IMG/VR virus record: IMGVR_UViG_3300028920_000001
Span: 186,001-250,000 of that record
Direction: 5' to 3' (one strand)
DNA length: 64,000 nucleotides
The notes below the pieces were generated by a model. The model ran no database searches. It was not told the DNA's origin and was given only the letters and a program-made list of their open reading frames with translations. The position numbers and the translations under genes were made by a program. Shown one piece after another: positions 9,996 through 19,570 of this stretch (the stretch's first letter is position 1; every line of letters begins with the position of its first letter).

Positions 9996-10210
9996 GAGAT
10001 ATAGTCTATATCAAAGGCTTCGCCTGGCATAAGAAATGCTCCACTGGCTGCGGTAGACCTCCCACTCATTGGTATTCTTTAGAAACCCTATCTAGCACCC
10101 GAATCCAGATATTCGGTAGATGCGAAAAGCACCGACGTAATCCTTTACCTAAAAACTGTTACTGTGTGCCTATCCCAGATCCCATTGTGTTCATAGTAAT
10201 GGCATCATGA
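9992..10210 (+). CDS. IMES-tail protein, Cys-rich family
   Basis: GRCEKH; ends PIVFIVMAS. Confidence 0.7.
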   Translation: MRDIVYIKGFAWHKKCSTGCGRPPTHWYSLETLSSTRIQIFGRCEKHRRNPLPKNCYCVPIPDPIVFIVMAS

Positions 10211-10473
10211 TCAACTTCGATAAATATGTAAGACTAGTCGATCGTTCAAACGTCTGTGAAGCTTGTCTTGCTCGAAATCCTCAAAATTCACCTACGTCTT
10301 GGGTTTATCGAGAATTTCTAGCTAAAGAACGATCAAACAAATTGGTCTGTCATGTTATCGGCCTTTGCAATCATCATCTCAATGATCAGGATGCGCTTTT
10401 AAAAGCTGGTTGGGAGTGGATTTCTAAAGAAGACTTGAAGCTATTCAGAATTGCCCTCCTTATGAAGTCATGA
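10207..10473 (+). CDS. IMES-tail protein, Cys-rich family
   Basis: CEAC...GLCNHH; ends FRIALLMKS. Confidence 0.7.
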   Translation: MINFDKYVRLVDRSNVCEACLARNPQNSPTSWVYREFLAKERSNKLVCHVIGLCNHHLNDQDALLKAGWEWISKEDLKLFRIALLMKS

Positions 10474-10730
10474 TCTCTATCATCGACAAATCGGACGTCT
10501 GCGTCATTTGCAAACAATATGGTGAGTCCTACGATCCACCAACCGCTTGGAGTATTAAGACTGAAGTCAATGGAATTTTTTCTTCTGGCACTTTTTTAGA
10601 AATTACTGTACTTGGATTTTGCAATGTCCACTCTGATGAATGGAGCGTGCAAGTTCGTAAGCCTCCATGGGAAGATTTACCTTCATGGAAATTAGCTCAA
10701 TTTCAAGCTTTTGTTGTAATGTTTCAGTAA
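10470..10730 (+). CDS. IMES-tail protein, Cys-rich family
   Basis: CVIC...GFCNVH; ends FQAFVVMFQ. Confidence 0.7.
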   Translation: MISIIDKSDVCVICKQYGESYDPPTAWSIKTEVNGIFSSGTFLEITVLGFCNVHSDEWSVQVRKPPWEDLPSWKLAQFQAFVVMFQ

Positions 10731-10790
10731 TGCTCTCCCCAACTGAAAAGAACAGCATACGTAAGGCCCTTTAGGGCCTATTCCTGTTTC

Positions 10791-10885
10791 GGGGGAGTAG
10801 CTTAGCCTGGTTCAAAGCACCGGCCCTATAACCCGGTTAGCGTCTGATAAGCGCGAGATCGTGGGTTCAAATCCCACCTCCCCTA
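10791..10885 (+). tRNA. trnI: atypical tRNA-Ile with two anticodon-like hairpins (UAU and GAU)
   Basis: acceptor GGGGGAG/CTCCCCT-A; T-arm GTGGG-TTCAAAT-CCCAC; hairpins ACCGG-CCCTATAAC-CCGGT and GCGT-CTGATAA-GCGC. Confidence 0.75.
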
Positions 10886-10931
10886 CCGAAGATCTCGGTG
10901 CCTGTGTCGTATCCGATTATGGAGGCGATCC

Positions 10932-11285
10932 ATGTCACACGAAGTTGATCCAGAGCAGATGCTCGAAAAGGTTGAAACCATAAGGGAGCAGACTACTGAA
11001 TTGATGACAAACCTGTGGCAGTTGAAAGCCAAGATCAAGCAACTGGCCTGGGTAGTTTCTACTCAGGACGAAGACTTATTCAGTCTCTTGCTCAAATTGG
11101 CTGATGTCAAAGATAATATGAGCAAGTATCACACTGAATTACCACCAGACCAGGCCAAGCTAGAACACACAAATCGAGATGCTGCCCATCAAAAATACTG
11201 GTCTGATTTGTGCAATGAAGACCGACGCTTGACTGATAAATTGGCTATAATTGGACGCCAGTTCCGAGAAGCCAAAGAGCCGTGA
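10932..11285 (+). CDS. hypothetical coiled-coil protein
   Basis: promoter motif and GGAGG at 10890-10925. Confidence 0.7.
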   Translation: MSHEVDPEQMLEKVETIREQTTELMTNLWQLKAKIKQLAWVVSTQDEDLFSLLLKLADVKDNMSKYHTELPPDQAKLEHTNRDAAHQKYWSDLCNEDRRLTDKLAIIGRQFREAKEP

Positions 11286-11482
11286 AATATGTAGTTAAGT
11301 GCCGTACAGGATGGTATTGGAATGATTCCATCAGACTGTGGCGGGCAAACTTAGATGAAGCTACTTTATTTACTAAACCACAAGCTATCGAACTAGTAAC
11401 TCTTTTTCAAAAAGACCCGAGCATAGGCGGAGAAGCCAAACTTTTCCGTGAAGAATTGGTCTATCAAATAATGGAATCATAA
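11282..11482 (+). CDS. IMES-tail protein, MKYVI family
   Basis: ends EELVYQIMES. Confidence 0.75.
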   Translation: MKYVVKCRTGWYWNDSIRLWRANLDEATLFTKPQAIELVTLFQKDPSIGGEAKLFREELVYQIMES

Positions 11483-11531
11483 CGACCGGAAATTCTGGCT
11501 CATGCGCCGTACGCATTCGCGGAGGTGACGC

Positions 11532-11936
11532 ATGACTCGACCCGCAACTGGCCCTGGATCCCGTTACGTGGAAGTTCCAGCCCAGGCCATTGAGGATTTC
11601 CTTCAGAGCAAAGGTTTCACCCGTACGACCCAGCGCAACGAGGTCGTTTACGTGCGATCGCATCACGAATGGCCTTGCGTGAAGGTGAAGGTGTATACTT
11701 CCATCAAGGACGGACACACGTCAGTTCGCAAGCGTGGGGCTGATGCCATCAAGGTGTGCACCGTCTATGAAGGCAAAAAGCGAAAGCCTTTTGGGATTGG
11801 CAAGTTCCCGCATGTGCTCCGAACCGGAGATACCCAAGCGGTCTTGGATCGCATGTACGACCGCATGCGTGCAGCATATCGACGTGCCAACGAATGGGTT
11901 GCCAACACTCAGGTTAAACAGGTGATGAACTCTTGA
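11532..11936 (+). CDS. IMES-tail protein
   Basis: promoter motif and GGAGG upstream; ends TQVKQVMNS. Confidence 0.75.
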   Translation: MTRPATGPGSRYVEVPAQAIEDFLQSKGFTRTTQRNEVVYVRSHHEWPCVKVKVYTSIKDGHTSVRKRGADAIKVCTVYEGKKRKPFGIGKFPHVLRTGDTQAVLDRMYDRMRAAYRRANEWVANTQVKQVMNS

Positions 11937-12181
11937 AATACCTGAAGAAAATCGCCAACCGGGCCAAGACCGGGATCTTCAAGCCCTTTCAATGGGAAGG
12001 GACTCAATACAAAATCAAACCAGTTCCAGGTAGAGAGTATAAATGGCTCCTATGGGAGGAACGCCCCTTTTACATGAAGGCCACCTGCATTAGCCTTGAT
12101 GAACTCACAGCTGAAGAACTATTGGGCGCCATCCATCAATTGGTAGCCTACCGTATCCTCGAGGAGATCCACGAATCATGA
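11933..12181 (+). CDS. IMES-tail variant protein
   Basis: ends YRILEEIHES. Confidence 0.65.
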   Translation: MKYLKKIANRAKTGIFKPFQWEGTQYKIKPVPGREYKWLLWEERPFYMKATCISLDELTAEELLGAIHQLVAYRILEEIHES

Positions 12182-12405
12182 CCGGTGAACTCGTCGTCAA
12201 GGCTATCCGCAATCTGGAAACTAATCGTAAAACTGAAGCTAAAATAATGAATGATCTCGGATGGGATGGTCAAGTCTGGGGTGGTATTAGGAGCCTGCTT
12301 CAGACGATAAACAATCATTCCAAGAACGAGCTAAAGCAGCGAGAATCCGAAGGTAAGCTCCCTCTCGGCGTACGTGAAAAAGTCAAGAAGGTGATGGAAT
12401 CATGA
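12178..12405 (+). CDS. IMES-tail protein
   Basis: ends EKVKKVMES. Confidence 0.7.
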   Translation: MTGELVVKAIRNLETNRKTEAKIMNDLGWDGQVWGGIRSLLQTINNHSKNELKQRESEGKLPLGVREKVKKVMES

Positions 12406-12713
12406 AGCGAGCCGTCAAGACCATCGACAAGCAGTGCTGCAAAGGCGGCCAGTCCATGAACTACACCGAGGTCGTTATCCTCGGGAAGGATCGGGTTCGC
12501 ATTGACATTCGCAGCGACTCCTACAAAGAGCAATGCTATGCACGCTGTCAGCTGTGGTCTGGCGGTAAGTGGCAGCTCATTCACAACATCCTCCCTGCTT
12601 TGATGCAGACTCCATCTGAGCTTGTCTACAAGAAGACAGCCGCCGAGAACGATTTCATGAAGGATCGTACTCAACTACTCAACGTGGCTGAACAGGTTCT
12701 ATTCTCAAACTGA
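12402..12713 (+). CDS. hypothetical protein
   Basis: ATGA overlap. Confidence 0.7.
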   Translation: MKRAVKTIDKQCCKGGQSMNYTEVVILGKDRVRIDIRSDSYKEQCYARCQLWSGGKWQLIHNILPALMQTPSELVYKKTAAENDFMKDRTQLLNVAEQVLFSN

Positions 12714-12720
12714 GGTCGTC

Positions 12721-12927
12721 ATGAGCGCTGAAATGGAACGTGAGAAGAGAGCCATCCGCATGTTCGTGGCTACGGCTCTCGACCAAGAGCATCAAGCCGT
12801 CCTGGAAGGAGAACGGGAAGATTCCTCCTACGCTGAGTATTTGGACGACTCTGATCTTCAGCGTGACCCAAGCGGATGGACCATCAAGCTCCGTAACGGA
12901 CGTACTTTCAAGGTGACGGTACTGTGA
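12721..12927 (+). CDS. hypothetical protein
   Basis: GAGG SD. Confidence 0.6.
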   Translation: MSAEMEREKRAIRMFVATALDQEHQAVLEGEREDSSYAEYLDDSDLQRDPSGWTIKLRNGRTFKVTVL

Positions 12928-13119
12928 CCGGAGCTTTAGCGGTAGAAGCTCTCCAGCAAGAGCTATTTGATCGGAGATATGAACAATTTCCCTTGTTCTG
13001 AATTGATCGATCAAATGCTGAAACTACTGGAAACAGCATCTTAAGTTCCAGCAGATGCGAGGAAACCAAGCCTTTCGCTGAGATTCGCAGATCCGAATCT
13101 CTCGCGCGTACAACCAAAC

Positions 13120-13380
13120 ATGGAAGACTCGCGCATCCAGTCGCTGTTTGAGAAAATGGCGGATCAGTATCCACATCGTGTCCAGCTGGAAAAGTGGCAC
13201 GATGATGGGTCGGCGACTATCACCATCTTCAATGAGCGGAACGTCCTGATCTCAGAAAGTCGTCTCAGCTGGCACACCTTCAATGGTGTTCACCTCGTCC
13301 ACATCTGGCCCAAAGACGGCAGAGTGGACTTGCACGTATCGCCCATTGCATCTGCCGTTATCGCAGTTCTCACGAGATAG
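13120..13380 (+). CDS. hypothetical protein (leaderless)
   Basis: AGAT-N14-CGTA-N9-ATG. Confidence 0.65.
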   Translation: MEDSRIQSLFEKMADQYPHRVQLEKWHDDGSATITIFNERNVLISESRLSWHTFNGVHLVHIWPKDGRVDLHVSPIASAVIAVLTR

Positions 13381-13717
13381 TCATGGGAAAAATAAAGCAG
13401 CTCCTAATCCAAGAGCAAGAACGTGAGTACAATGCTCACGAAGAATGGTTGCTGCGTCGTCACGAAGAAGAGGCAAATGGCGCGGCAGAACAGCTCGACA
13501 CCCTGGAACATCATGGCCTCGTAAATGAGACCATTTACCCGAATCTGAGCAAGCCAACATGCCGATAAAGAAGCTCCCCCGCTGGGATGAATCCGGCTCA
13601 ATCGGGCCGCACTTCAAAAAGTCAATGGCACCACTTTTGATGAGTCTGGGCAGCTGAGCCGCGAAACCTTCAGATGCAAGCCGGATGGCAAGCCACTCCT
13701 TGGAATTCTAGACGACG

Positions 13718-14035
13718 ATGCCGGATCTGACGATTGAGTATCACTACATGTGCACCAGCTTAGAGAGCTGGACCTGTCAGGTTCCTAGCTCTCACGGACG
13801 AGGCTATTACCTTGTCCAGTACCATCATTTCGAAATTAACTCTCCATCTGAAGGATGGAGCTGCGAATGTAAGAGCTTCAAGTTTCGTAAAAAGTGTAGC
13901 CATATTGAACAAGCTAAAGCTCAACACTGTGGTTGGCATGGACAGTTCGATGAAGGGGAGAGTGATATTGACCCGGAGAACCCGAAATGTCCACGATGCG
14001 GTGCTGAAGCTGTGTCTGTAAGATGCGGAGTCTGA
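13718..14035 (+). CDS. SWIM zinc-finger protein
   Basis: WSCECKSFKFRKKCSHI (CxC-x-CxH) plus CPRCG. Confidence 0.75.
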   Translation: MPDLTIEYHYMCTSLESWTCQVPSSHGRGYYLVQYHHFEINSPSEGWSCECKSFKFRKKCSHIEQAKAQHCGWHGQFDEGESDIDPENPKCPRCGAEAVSVRCGV

Positions 14036-14036
14036 A

Positions 14037-14444
14037 ATGGGAAGTTCTACCTATAGCGATATCGTTCCATTCGTAGCACCTTGCGTGTACGAATCTAACA
14101 ATCCTTACGAAGAAACACCAAGGATCGGATTTACCCGAGACATGGCCCTCCGTCTCTGTTGTCCTGAAGATGAAGAATGTGACAGCCCTTACAGTCATCA
14201 AGGATGGAAATACCAAAAAGATTCTGAGGAGATTGGTAAACGTCAACGTCTGATTGCAAGAGCTTGGGTCAAAGGCAAACATCGAGTGTGGATTATCAAT
14301 GAATCAGAGTACGCAGCCGGTGGTGATTATCAAATTTCACTTATCGCCAATGATTCAGACTCCATCACAGAATTTGCCAAAGATTGGGACATCGAACTCA
14401 AGCTCGGTATCGAGGAGAATGATACCGTTCAACAGACTCTGTAA
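14037..14444 (+). CDS. hypothetical protein
   Basis: ORF in co-oriented run. Confidence 0.65.
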   Translation: MGSSTYSDIVPFVAPCVYESNNPYEETPRIGFTRDMALRLCCPEDEECDSPYSHQGWKYQKDSEEIGKRQRLIARAWVKGKHRVWIINESEYAAGGDYQISLIANDSDSITEFAKDWDIELKLGIEENDTVQQTL

Positions 14445-14718
14445 ATGTGGTCGAAATTCATCAGCAATGAGAAAAGAATTCATCAATTACACCAGATACG
14501 TTGTCTGGCATGAGTATCACGGCTTCATCTCTGCCAAGTCGGATTCACGTAGTAAATTTTGGACTAAAGATCTTGAACGCGCAGCCTATTGGAAAAGAGA
14601 AGACGAAGCCTATATTAATCGAAGAGAATTGATAGACTGTGGAATCGTAACCAGTCTTTCCGCCGTGCATGTTATGAATTGGAACCAAGTTTTGATTCAG
14701 GAATTGATGGAATCATGA
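14419..14718 (+). CDS. IMES-tail protein, MKYVI family
   Basis: RYVVW...FWTKDLERAAYW; ends QVLIQELMES. Confidence 0.7.
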   Translation: MIPFNRLCKCGRNSSAMRKEFINYTRYVVWHEYHGFISAKSDSRSKFWTKDLERAAYWKREDEAYINRRELIDCGIVTSLSAVHVMNWNQVLIQELMES

Positions 14719-14727
14719 GGTAACGAA

Positions 14728-15024
14728 ATGTCAGCTCTTTTGGATAAAATGTGGGAAGAAGCTCAGAAGCTCCTCAAGCCCAACGTGACTAAAATCGAAT
14801 ACCCGAGATTTCTTCGTGAAGATATTATTGAAATTTCCGTCAAGACATATCGCACACCAACTGGTCCGTGTGAAGACGACTGTGACGGAACAGCTTGGCC
14901 TGATGAAGATGCTGATAAAGCAGCACAGCAAATTGCTGTAAATTGTGGTATCAAATTCGAGAGCTATGAACCTGTTGAAAAGGGATGGGGAGCCTATCTC
15001 TACAAAACTAATCACCTGAAGTGA
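14728..15024 (+). CDS. hypothetical protein
   Basis: GAGG SD. Confidence 0.65.
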   Translation: MSALLDKMWEEAQKLLKPNVTKIEYPRFLREDIIEISVKTYRTPTGPCEDDCDGTAWPDEDADKAAQQIAVNCGIKFESYEPVEKGWGAYLYKTNHLK

Positions 15025-15078
15025 AAAGAAGATTCTAGTCACTCAGGCGTAGAACCAGCCAACCTAACGAGGTGAACC

Positions 15079-16005
15079 ATGATCGATTCAGGAGTCAGCG
15101 AAGCACTTGCTGTCGTCTCTAGCGACGACGCCATCAATACCTGGACTGACGAAAAGAAAAACGAATTCGTCGCCACTTTCGAGCAACGTGCACGCGTGAC
15201 CAGGTATCTGCTCATCACCTGTGCTCACAAGATCTTCCAAACTGCCAATTCCCGACAATACATTGGCAACCAACACGTCAACGAAATCCAGAAGGTATTG
15301 GTCCGCACGGACGATCTCTACGATCCCTCTCAAGAACGCTGGTCATGTTCAAACAAGGTCGGTGGTCGGTCTTGTGAAGAGTTGAACAAGATCGCTACGG
15401 AACGATCCGAGGCCGTCTTGGATGAACTCCCACCACTTCGTCAGGCAGTCAACATCATCAAGCCAGAAGTCGCGAAGAAGCTCGACAGACGCGCGGTCAT
15501 CCTCAAGCAGCTCAAGGAGCTCAAGGGAGAGCTGGAGGAACTGGGTGGAGAGATTCGCTTGAGCGAAGTGGATCAGAACATGACGATCGGCGCCTTTCGC
15601 AAGGCCATCAAGGCTCGCAACCAGCAGCGCAGTCGGTTGGCTCTCAAGCTCAAGGAACTGGCCGAAGAGGGCAATGAACTGGACAAGGACATCAACAAGG
15701 CCATGTACAAGGGCCTGCCCGGCTTGAGCGATGCAGTGACCAGGGTCATCAAGCAACATGTCGAACGAGCCACTGCCCTGGATGCAACCACTCGACGGGT
15801 GGCCGAAAAGGTGAAGTTCGGAGACAGCGCCACGGCAGTGGAATTGCTGCGCAATTTCGAAAAGGATGAAGCTCAGGTCTCGGATGAGATCAAGGAAGAG
15901 TTCAGCGAAGCGATGAAGGTTCTCCGTCTTGCTGGCAAGCCAGCAAAGAAGACAGCAAAGAAGACAGCAAAGAAGACCGCAAAGAAGACCGCCAAGAAGA
16001 GGTAA
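15079..16005 (+). CDS. coiled-coil protein with histone H1-like KKTA C-terminal repeats
   Basis: ends KPAKKTAKKTAKKTAKKTAKKR (12-bp DNA tandem repeat). Confidence 0.75.
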   Translation: MIDSGVSEALAVVSSDDAINTWTDEKKNEFVATFEQRARVTRYLLITCAHKIFQTANSRQYIGNQHVNEIQKVLVRTDDLYDPSQERWSCSNKVGGRSCEELNKIATERSEAVLDELPPLRQAVNIIKPEVAKKLDRRAVILKQLKELKGELEELGGEIRLSEVDQNMTIGAFRKAIKARNQQRSRLALKLKELAEEGNELDKDINKAMYKGLPGLSDAVTRVIKQHVERATALDATTRRVAEKVKFGDSATAVELLRNFEKDEAQVSDEIKEEFSEAMKVLRLAGKPAKKTAKKTAKKTAKKTAKKR

Positions 16006-16010
16006 GACTC

Positions 16011-16646
16011 ATGGACATAGAGGTCCCCAATTGGTTGAAGGGGAACACTACGTCACCAGAAGCCCCGGTATCCGGAAAAGCCGGATACCAGGAGAACGAG
16101 GATGACGCTGTGTTTCATCCTGTTTACATTTTTGTCAAGGCAGCTACAGAGTACTTGCGCAAACATGGACAGGAAAGACATGTACACAATTGTCCCCCAT
16201 CGCGTTCCAAAGGTCTCCTTGATGAGACCAGAGAGGCGATTACGAAGGCTCCAATCCATATCACTCAAAAGGGTGCTAAATTCAACGCCCAAGCACGTGT
16301 TAGACATGAAGTTCCATGCGAAACGCGAGCCCGCCTAGGTCTTCGACACAACGAGATTCAACAAGAAAATCTAGATGAATACGACCGTCGAAAGCGGGAA
16401 ATCTGGGAAAAATACCCATATAGTAAGTTCGAGTTAGACCTTCATAACTATGGTGGCGAAACTCACCCAGATCTCTTGAAGAGAGAAGAAGAACTTCGGA
16501 AACTAGATGAATGGGAAAAAACCCATCCACGTACAATCACAGATCCCATCCCTGAAGGAACGGAACGCCAACTCGTCGTTGAGGGTAACAACTATAAGGA
16601 CCGCAAATGGGAAATCCACGTCCTGAACGACACAATCAGTCTCTAG
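16011..16646 (+). CDS. hypothetical protein
   Basis: long ORF with SD. Confidence 0.65.
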   Translation: MDIEVPNWLKGNTTSPEAPVSGKAGYQENEDDAVFHPVYIFVKAATEYLRKHGQERHVHNCPPSRSKGLLDETREAITKAPIHITQKGAKFNAQARVRHEVPCETRARLGLRHNEIQQENLDEYDRRKREIWEKYPYSKFELDLHNYGGETHPDLLKREEELRKLDEWEKTHPRTITDPIPEGTERQLVVEGNNYKDRKWEIHVLNDTISL

Positions 16647-17254
16647 ACCTACCTGAAGGATTCACGGGCAACAAGACTCGCTGGAATAAAGGTCAGTGTC
16701 AGCCAATTGTTGACTATGATCAGCTGGCAATGATGGGTATCACTGAAGATGATGATTGTGTCGTTTGTTTTAATCATCTAGATGGACAGTGGCAGGCAGA
16801 TAGGTATGTAAATGAACATGATCCTATCCCAGATCCTGATTCAGAAGACGAGAATGAGAAAATCTCTTGGTGGGGAGGAAGCCTAAGAAAAGCACTTCAG
16901 AACCTGCCAGTTACCATTAACAACAAACGTGTTAGCTTTGGTAAGGTATTATTTCAACCTGAGTCGGACCGTGAAATACGAGAACGACTCAAGCTTTCTG
17001 GTCCAAAGCTAAATGCAATCCCTGAAGATAGGGCTCCAGAATGGGATTCATTCTTGGATGAACTCAATGAAAAATATCGTGGAGGAGAAATTTCTCACCA
17101 AGATCATGACACAATCATGAATCGTAAGTGGGCCGAGCTTTGCGGAGCCGATCCGATTCCTGAAAACATAGGGCATGGTGTGTCAGTACAGAGTTTGAAC
17201 CGCACTTCTTATCACTGGGCCTACCACGTCACCAACAACGATATCAAATTATAA
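16607..17254 (+). CDS. hypothetical protein
   Basis: long ORF; start uncertain. Confidence 0.6.
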   Translation: MGNPRPERHNQSLDLPEGFTGNKTRWNKGQCQPIVDYDQLAMMGITEDDDCVVCFNHLDGQWQADRYVNEHDPIPDPDSEDENEKISWWGGSLRKALQNLPVTINNKRVSFGKVLFQPESDREIRERLKLSGPKLNAIPEDRAPEWDSFLDELNEKYRGGEISHQDHDTIMNRKWAELCGADPIPENIGHGVSVQSLNRTSYHWAYHVTNNDIKL

Positions 17255-17259
17255 GAACA

Positions 17260-17535
17260 ATGAAATATATAGTTCGCAGCATAGGTGATGATGGTTGGCT
17301 GGAATATCTGAAGGAAAGCCGTGGGTGGGGACATTTATTGAAAGAGGCTAAAACCTTTCCGAAAGGAATGGCCGAGGAGATTGCTAATTCTTTTACAGAT
17401 GATGTTCAAGCCATATCCTACGAAGAAGCCTGCTTGGATATAATTGAAGATATAATTAAGTCACTTCGCAAAGAGCAGATTTCTATCTCAGACATCTTTC
17501 ATAAATTGGCGGTCCGAGAGGTGATGACTTCATAA
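17260..17535 (+). CDS. IMES-tail protein, MKYVI family
   Basis: ends KLAVREVMTS. Confidence 0.75.
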   Translation: MKYIVRSIGDDGWLEYLKESRGWGHLLKEAKTFPKGMAEEIANSFTDDVQAISYEEACLDIIEDIIKSLRKEQISISDIFHKLAVREVMTS

Positions 17536-17538
17536 ATT

Positions 17539-17796
17539 ATGGAAACTAAATATAAGCCCGTATTTGGTGATAGAGTTCGCCACAAGAAACATGGACTTGG
17601 ACTAGTTCTTGGTAAAGGTGTCCTTCCGAACGCCACTATTGTGCAATGGTACAAAAAATGGAACTTGGAAGGACGGGCCAACATCGCCAAAACATCCGAG
17701 CTAAAATTCGTTAGTAAAAGTGCAGCTTCGGGAGGCCCTTACTTTCACCGAGTAGGAAACGAATTGTTTCCAATCAAGAGGAATCATCGTGCTTAA
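17539..17796 (+). CDS. SH3/KOW-like small protein
   Basis: FGDRVRHKKHGLGLV motif. Confidence 0.6.
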   Translation: METKYKPVFGDRVRHKKHGLGLVLGKGVLPNATIVQWYKKWNLEGRANIAKTSELKFVSKSAASGGPYFHRVGNELFPIKRNHRA

Positions 17797-17907
17797 GTGG
17801 CTTAAATTTACTACTATAGGACATAGCGTCAATTTAGACGCTGAGACCCATCAGAAGATTCAGGAGATTACCAAGAAATTGGGCCTCCCTCAAAACGAAA
17901 CCGGCTA

Positions 17908-18168
17908 ATGGACGCTTACTGCCTAGATATTCACACGCTCAAAAAGCGGCCACCTAAAGATTGGGTGCTGCATGATGTATGGGTCCAAAAATACGGACCA
18001 AAGCAAATCAAAGGCAAGCTCAAGGTATGGGTGGTGAGGCAGACTGATAGGAAATATGCACTAACTCATCTTGTGAATGGGGACGAATCTCAGCTATTCG
18101 ACACTGCTGAAGATGCTCAAGTAGAGTGTGACCGACTCAATCAAGTATCACTTATAATGGACTCGTGA
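17908..18168 (+). CDS. IMES-tail protein
   Basis: ends NQVSLIMDS. Confidence 0.7.
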   Translation: MDAYCLDIHTLKKRPPKDWVLHDVWVQKYGPKQIKGKLKVWVVRQTDRKYALTHLVNGDESQLFDTAEDAQVECDRLNQVSLIMDS

Positions 18169-18413
18169 TGCTTAAACGACTTTGGTGTTTCTTTTGGGGC
18201 CATCATTTTAGATATCATTGTTGCACCCGAGCCGCACCTGTAAGGGATTTCAAGACTAAAAATCTTAATTGCGATCAAATCATGCGTCTTGCGCAAGGAA
18301 GTCATATTCTGACCTTCATTTGCTCTCGCTGCGCAAAGTCAAAACAGGTTGTATCGGTTGGTGAAGTGTTAGAATTGAAAGAACATCTTGTAAAAGAAAT
18401 TATGGAATCGTAA
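18165..18413 (+). CDS. IMES-tail protein, C...GH...CxRC family
   Basis: ends EHLVKEIMES. Confidence 0.7.
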   Translation: MMLKRLWCFFWGHHFRYHCCTRAAPVRDFKTKNLNCDQIMRLAQGSHILTFICSRCAKSKQVVSVGEVLELKEHLVKEIMES

Positions 18414-18457
18414 GTCGCAGCCGATCTCGCGTACCTGAGATCGAGGTGACGCATAGT

Positions 18458-19570
18458 ATGGCACTAGACCACGACGGCGATACTGCATCAATCCCTGGCA
18501 AGCCCTACAAGCTTCGAAACATCGGCGGGGTAATTGATTGCAGCTGCCCGGCTTGGCGCAATCAGTCAAAGCCCATCGACCAGCGTACGTGCAAGCACAT
18601 CATTGCCGTTCGTGGAGTGGAAGTTGAACGAGCTCGGGTAGGCAATGAAAACATGCCCACCAAGTTCAAGAACGCCATCAACCCAAACATGAGTCCTGCG
18701 GCTGCAGCAGCCGTTCAGGCCATCCCTCCCGGGACTCCTCCGGTCCAGACCGTCCAGCAGATGGTGTCGGCCGTCCAGCTTCAGAATATCATCAACGAAA
18801 AGGCAAACCCGCTAGGCGTCCTACTCGCCAAGAAATATGAGTGGGATTGGGATCCCAAAGGATATCTGATGAGTGAAAAGCTCGATGGTGTTCGAGCTTA
18901 CTGGGATGGTGAAAACTTCCTCACGCGCAACGGCAATGTACTGTACGCGCCCGATTGGTTCAAGGCCGGAATGCCCAAGGATGCTCGCGATGGCGAGCTA
19001 TGGATTGGGAGGCACAGGTTCCAAGAAACGATAAGCATCGTCCGTCGTCAGGATGCAGGGGACGGCTGGAAACAGGTCAAGTACCGCATGTTCGATGCCC
19101 CGGACTTCGAGGGCAGGTTCGAAGACCGGCTGAAGTATTGCGAAAGCGAACCAATACCGGCTCATTGCAGTGTGGTCGAGCACATCGTGTGCGAAGGCAA
19201 GGATCACCTGGAGCGGTACGTTCATGAAATCATCAAGTTGGACGGTGAAGGAGCCATGTTGCGAAAGCCCGGCTCCCACTATGTGCGATCTCGTTCAGAC
19301 ACTTTGTGGAAGGTCAAGCGGTTTCGAGACAGCGAGGCAGTCGTCATCGCGCACACTGCTGGCAAGGGCAAATACAAGGGAATGCTAGGAGCCCTGATCT
19401 GCAGATGGATCAAGAATGGTGCCGAATTCAACGTAGGTAGTGGCTTGTCAGACGCTGAACGACTAGAACCACCACCCGTCGGCAGTACTATCACCTTCCG
19501 CTACACAGAAACTACGAAGGCAGGTAAGCCTAAGTGCGGTTCTTTCGTTTGCGTAAGGGACTACGAATAA
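18458..19570 (+). CDS. lig: ATP-dependent DNA ligase with N-terminal SWIM zinc finger
   Basis: SEKLDGVR adenylation motif, DGELW, EGAMLR, KVK, OB-fold VGSG; N-terminal CSCPAW...CKH. Confidence 0.92.
   Translation: MALDHDGDTASIPGKPYKLRNIGGVIDCSCPAWRNQSKPIDQRTCKHIIAVRGVEVERARVGNENMPTKFKNAINPNMSPAAAAAVQAIPPGTPPVQTVQQMVSAVQLQNIINEKANPLGVLLAKKYEWDWDPKGYLMSEKLDGVRAYWDGENFLTRNGNVLYAPDWFKAGMPKDARDGELWIGRHRFQETISIVRRQDAGDGWKQVKYRMFDAPDFEGRFEDRLKYCESEPIPAHCSVVEHIVCEGKDHLERYVHEIIKLDGEGAMLRKPGSHYVRSRSDTLWKVKRFRDSEAVVIAHTAGKGKYKGMLGALICRWIKNGAEFNVGSGLSDAERLEPPPVGSTITFRYTETTKAGKPKCGSFVCVRDYE

Noticed and set aside
13636-13670. TGATGAG...CGAAAC as a hammerhead ribozyme core
   Set aside because: Lacks the CUGA start and I could not form the three required stems.
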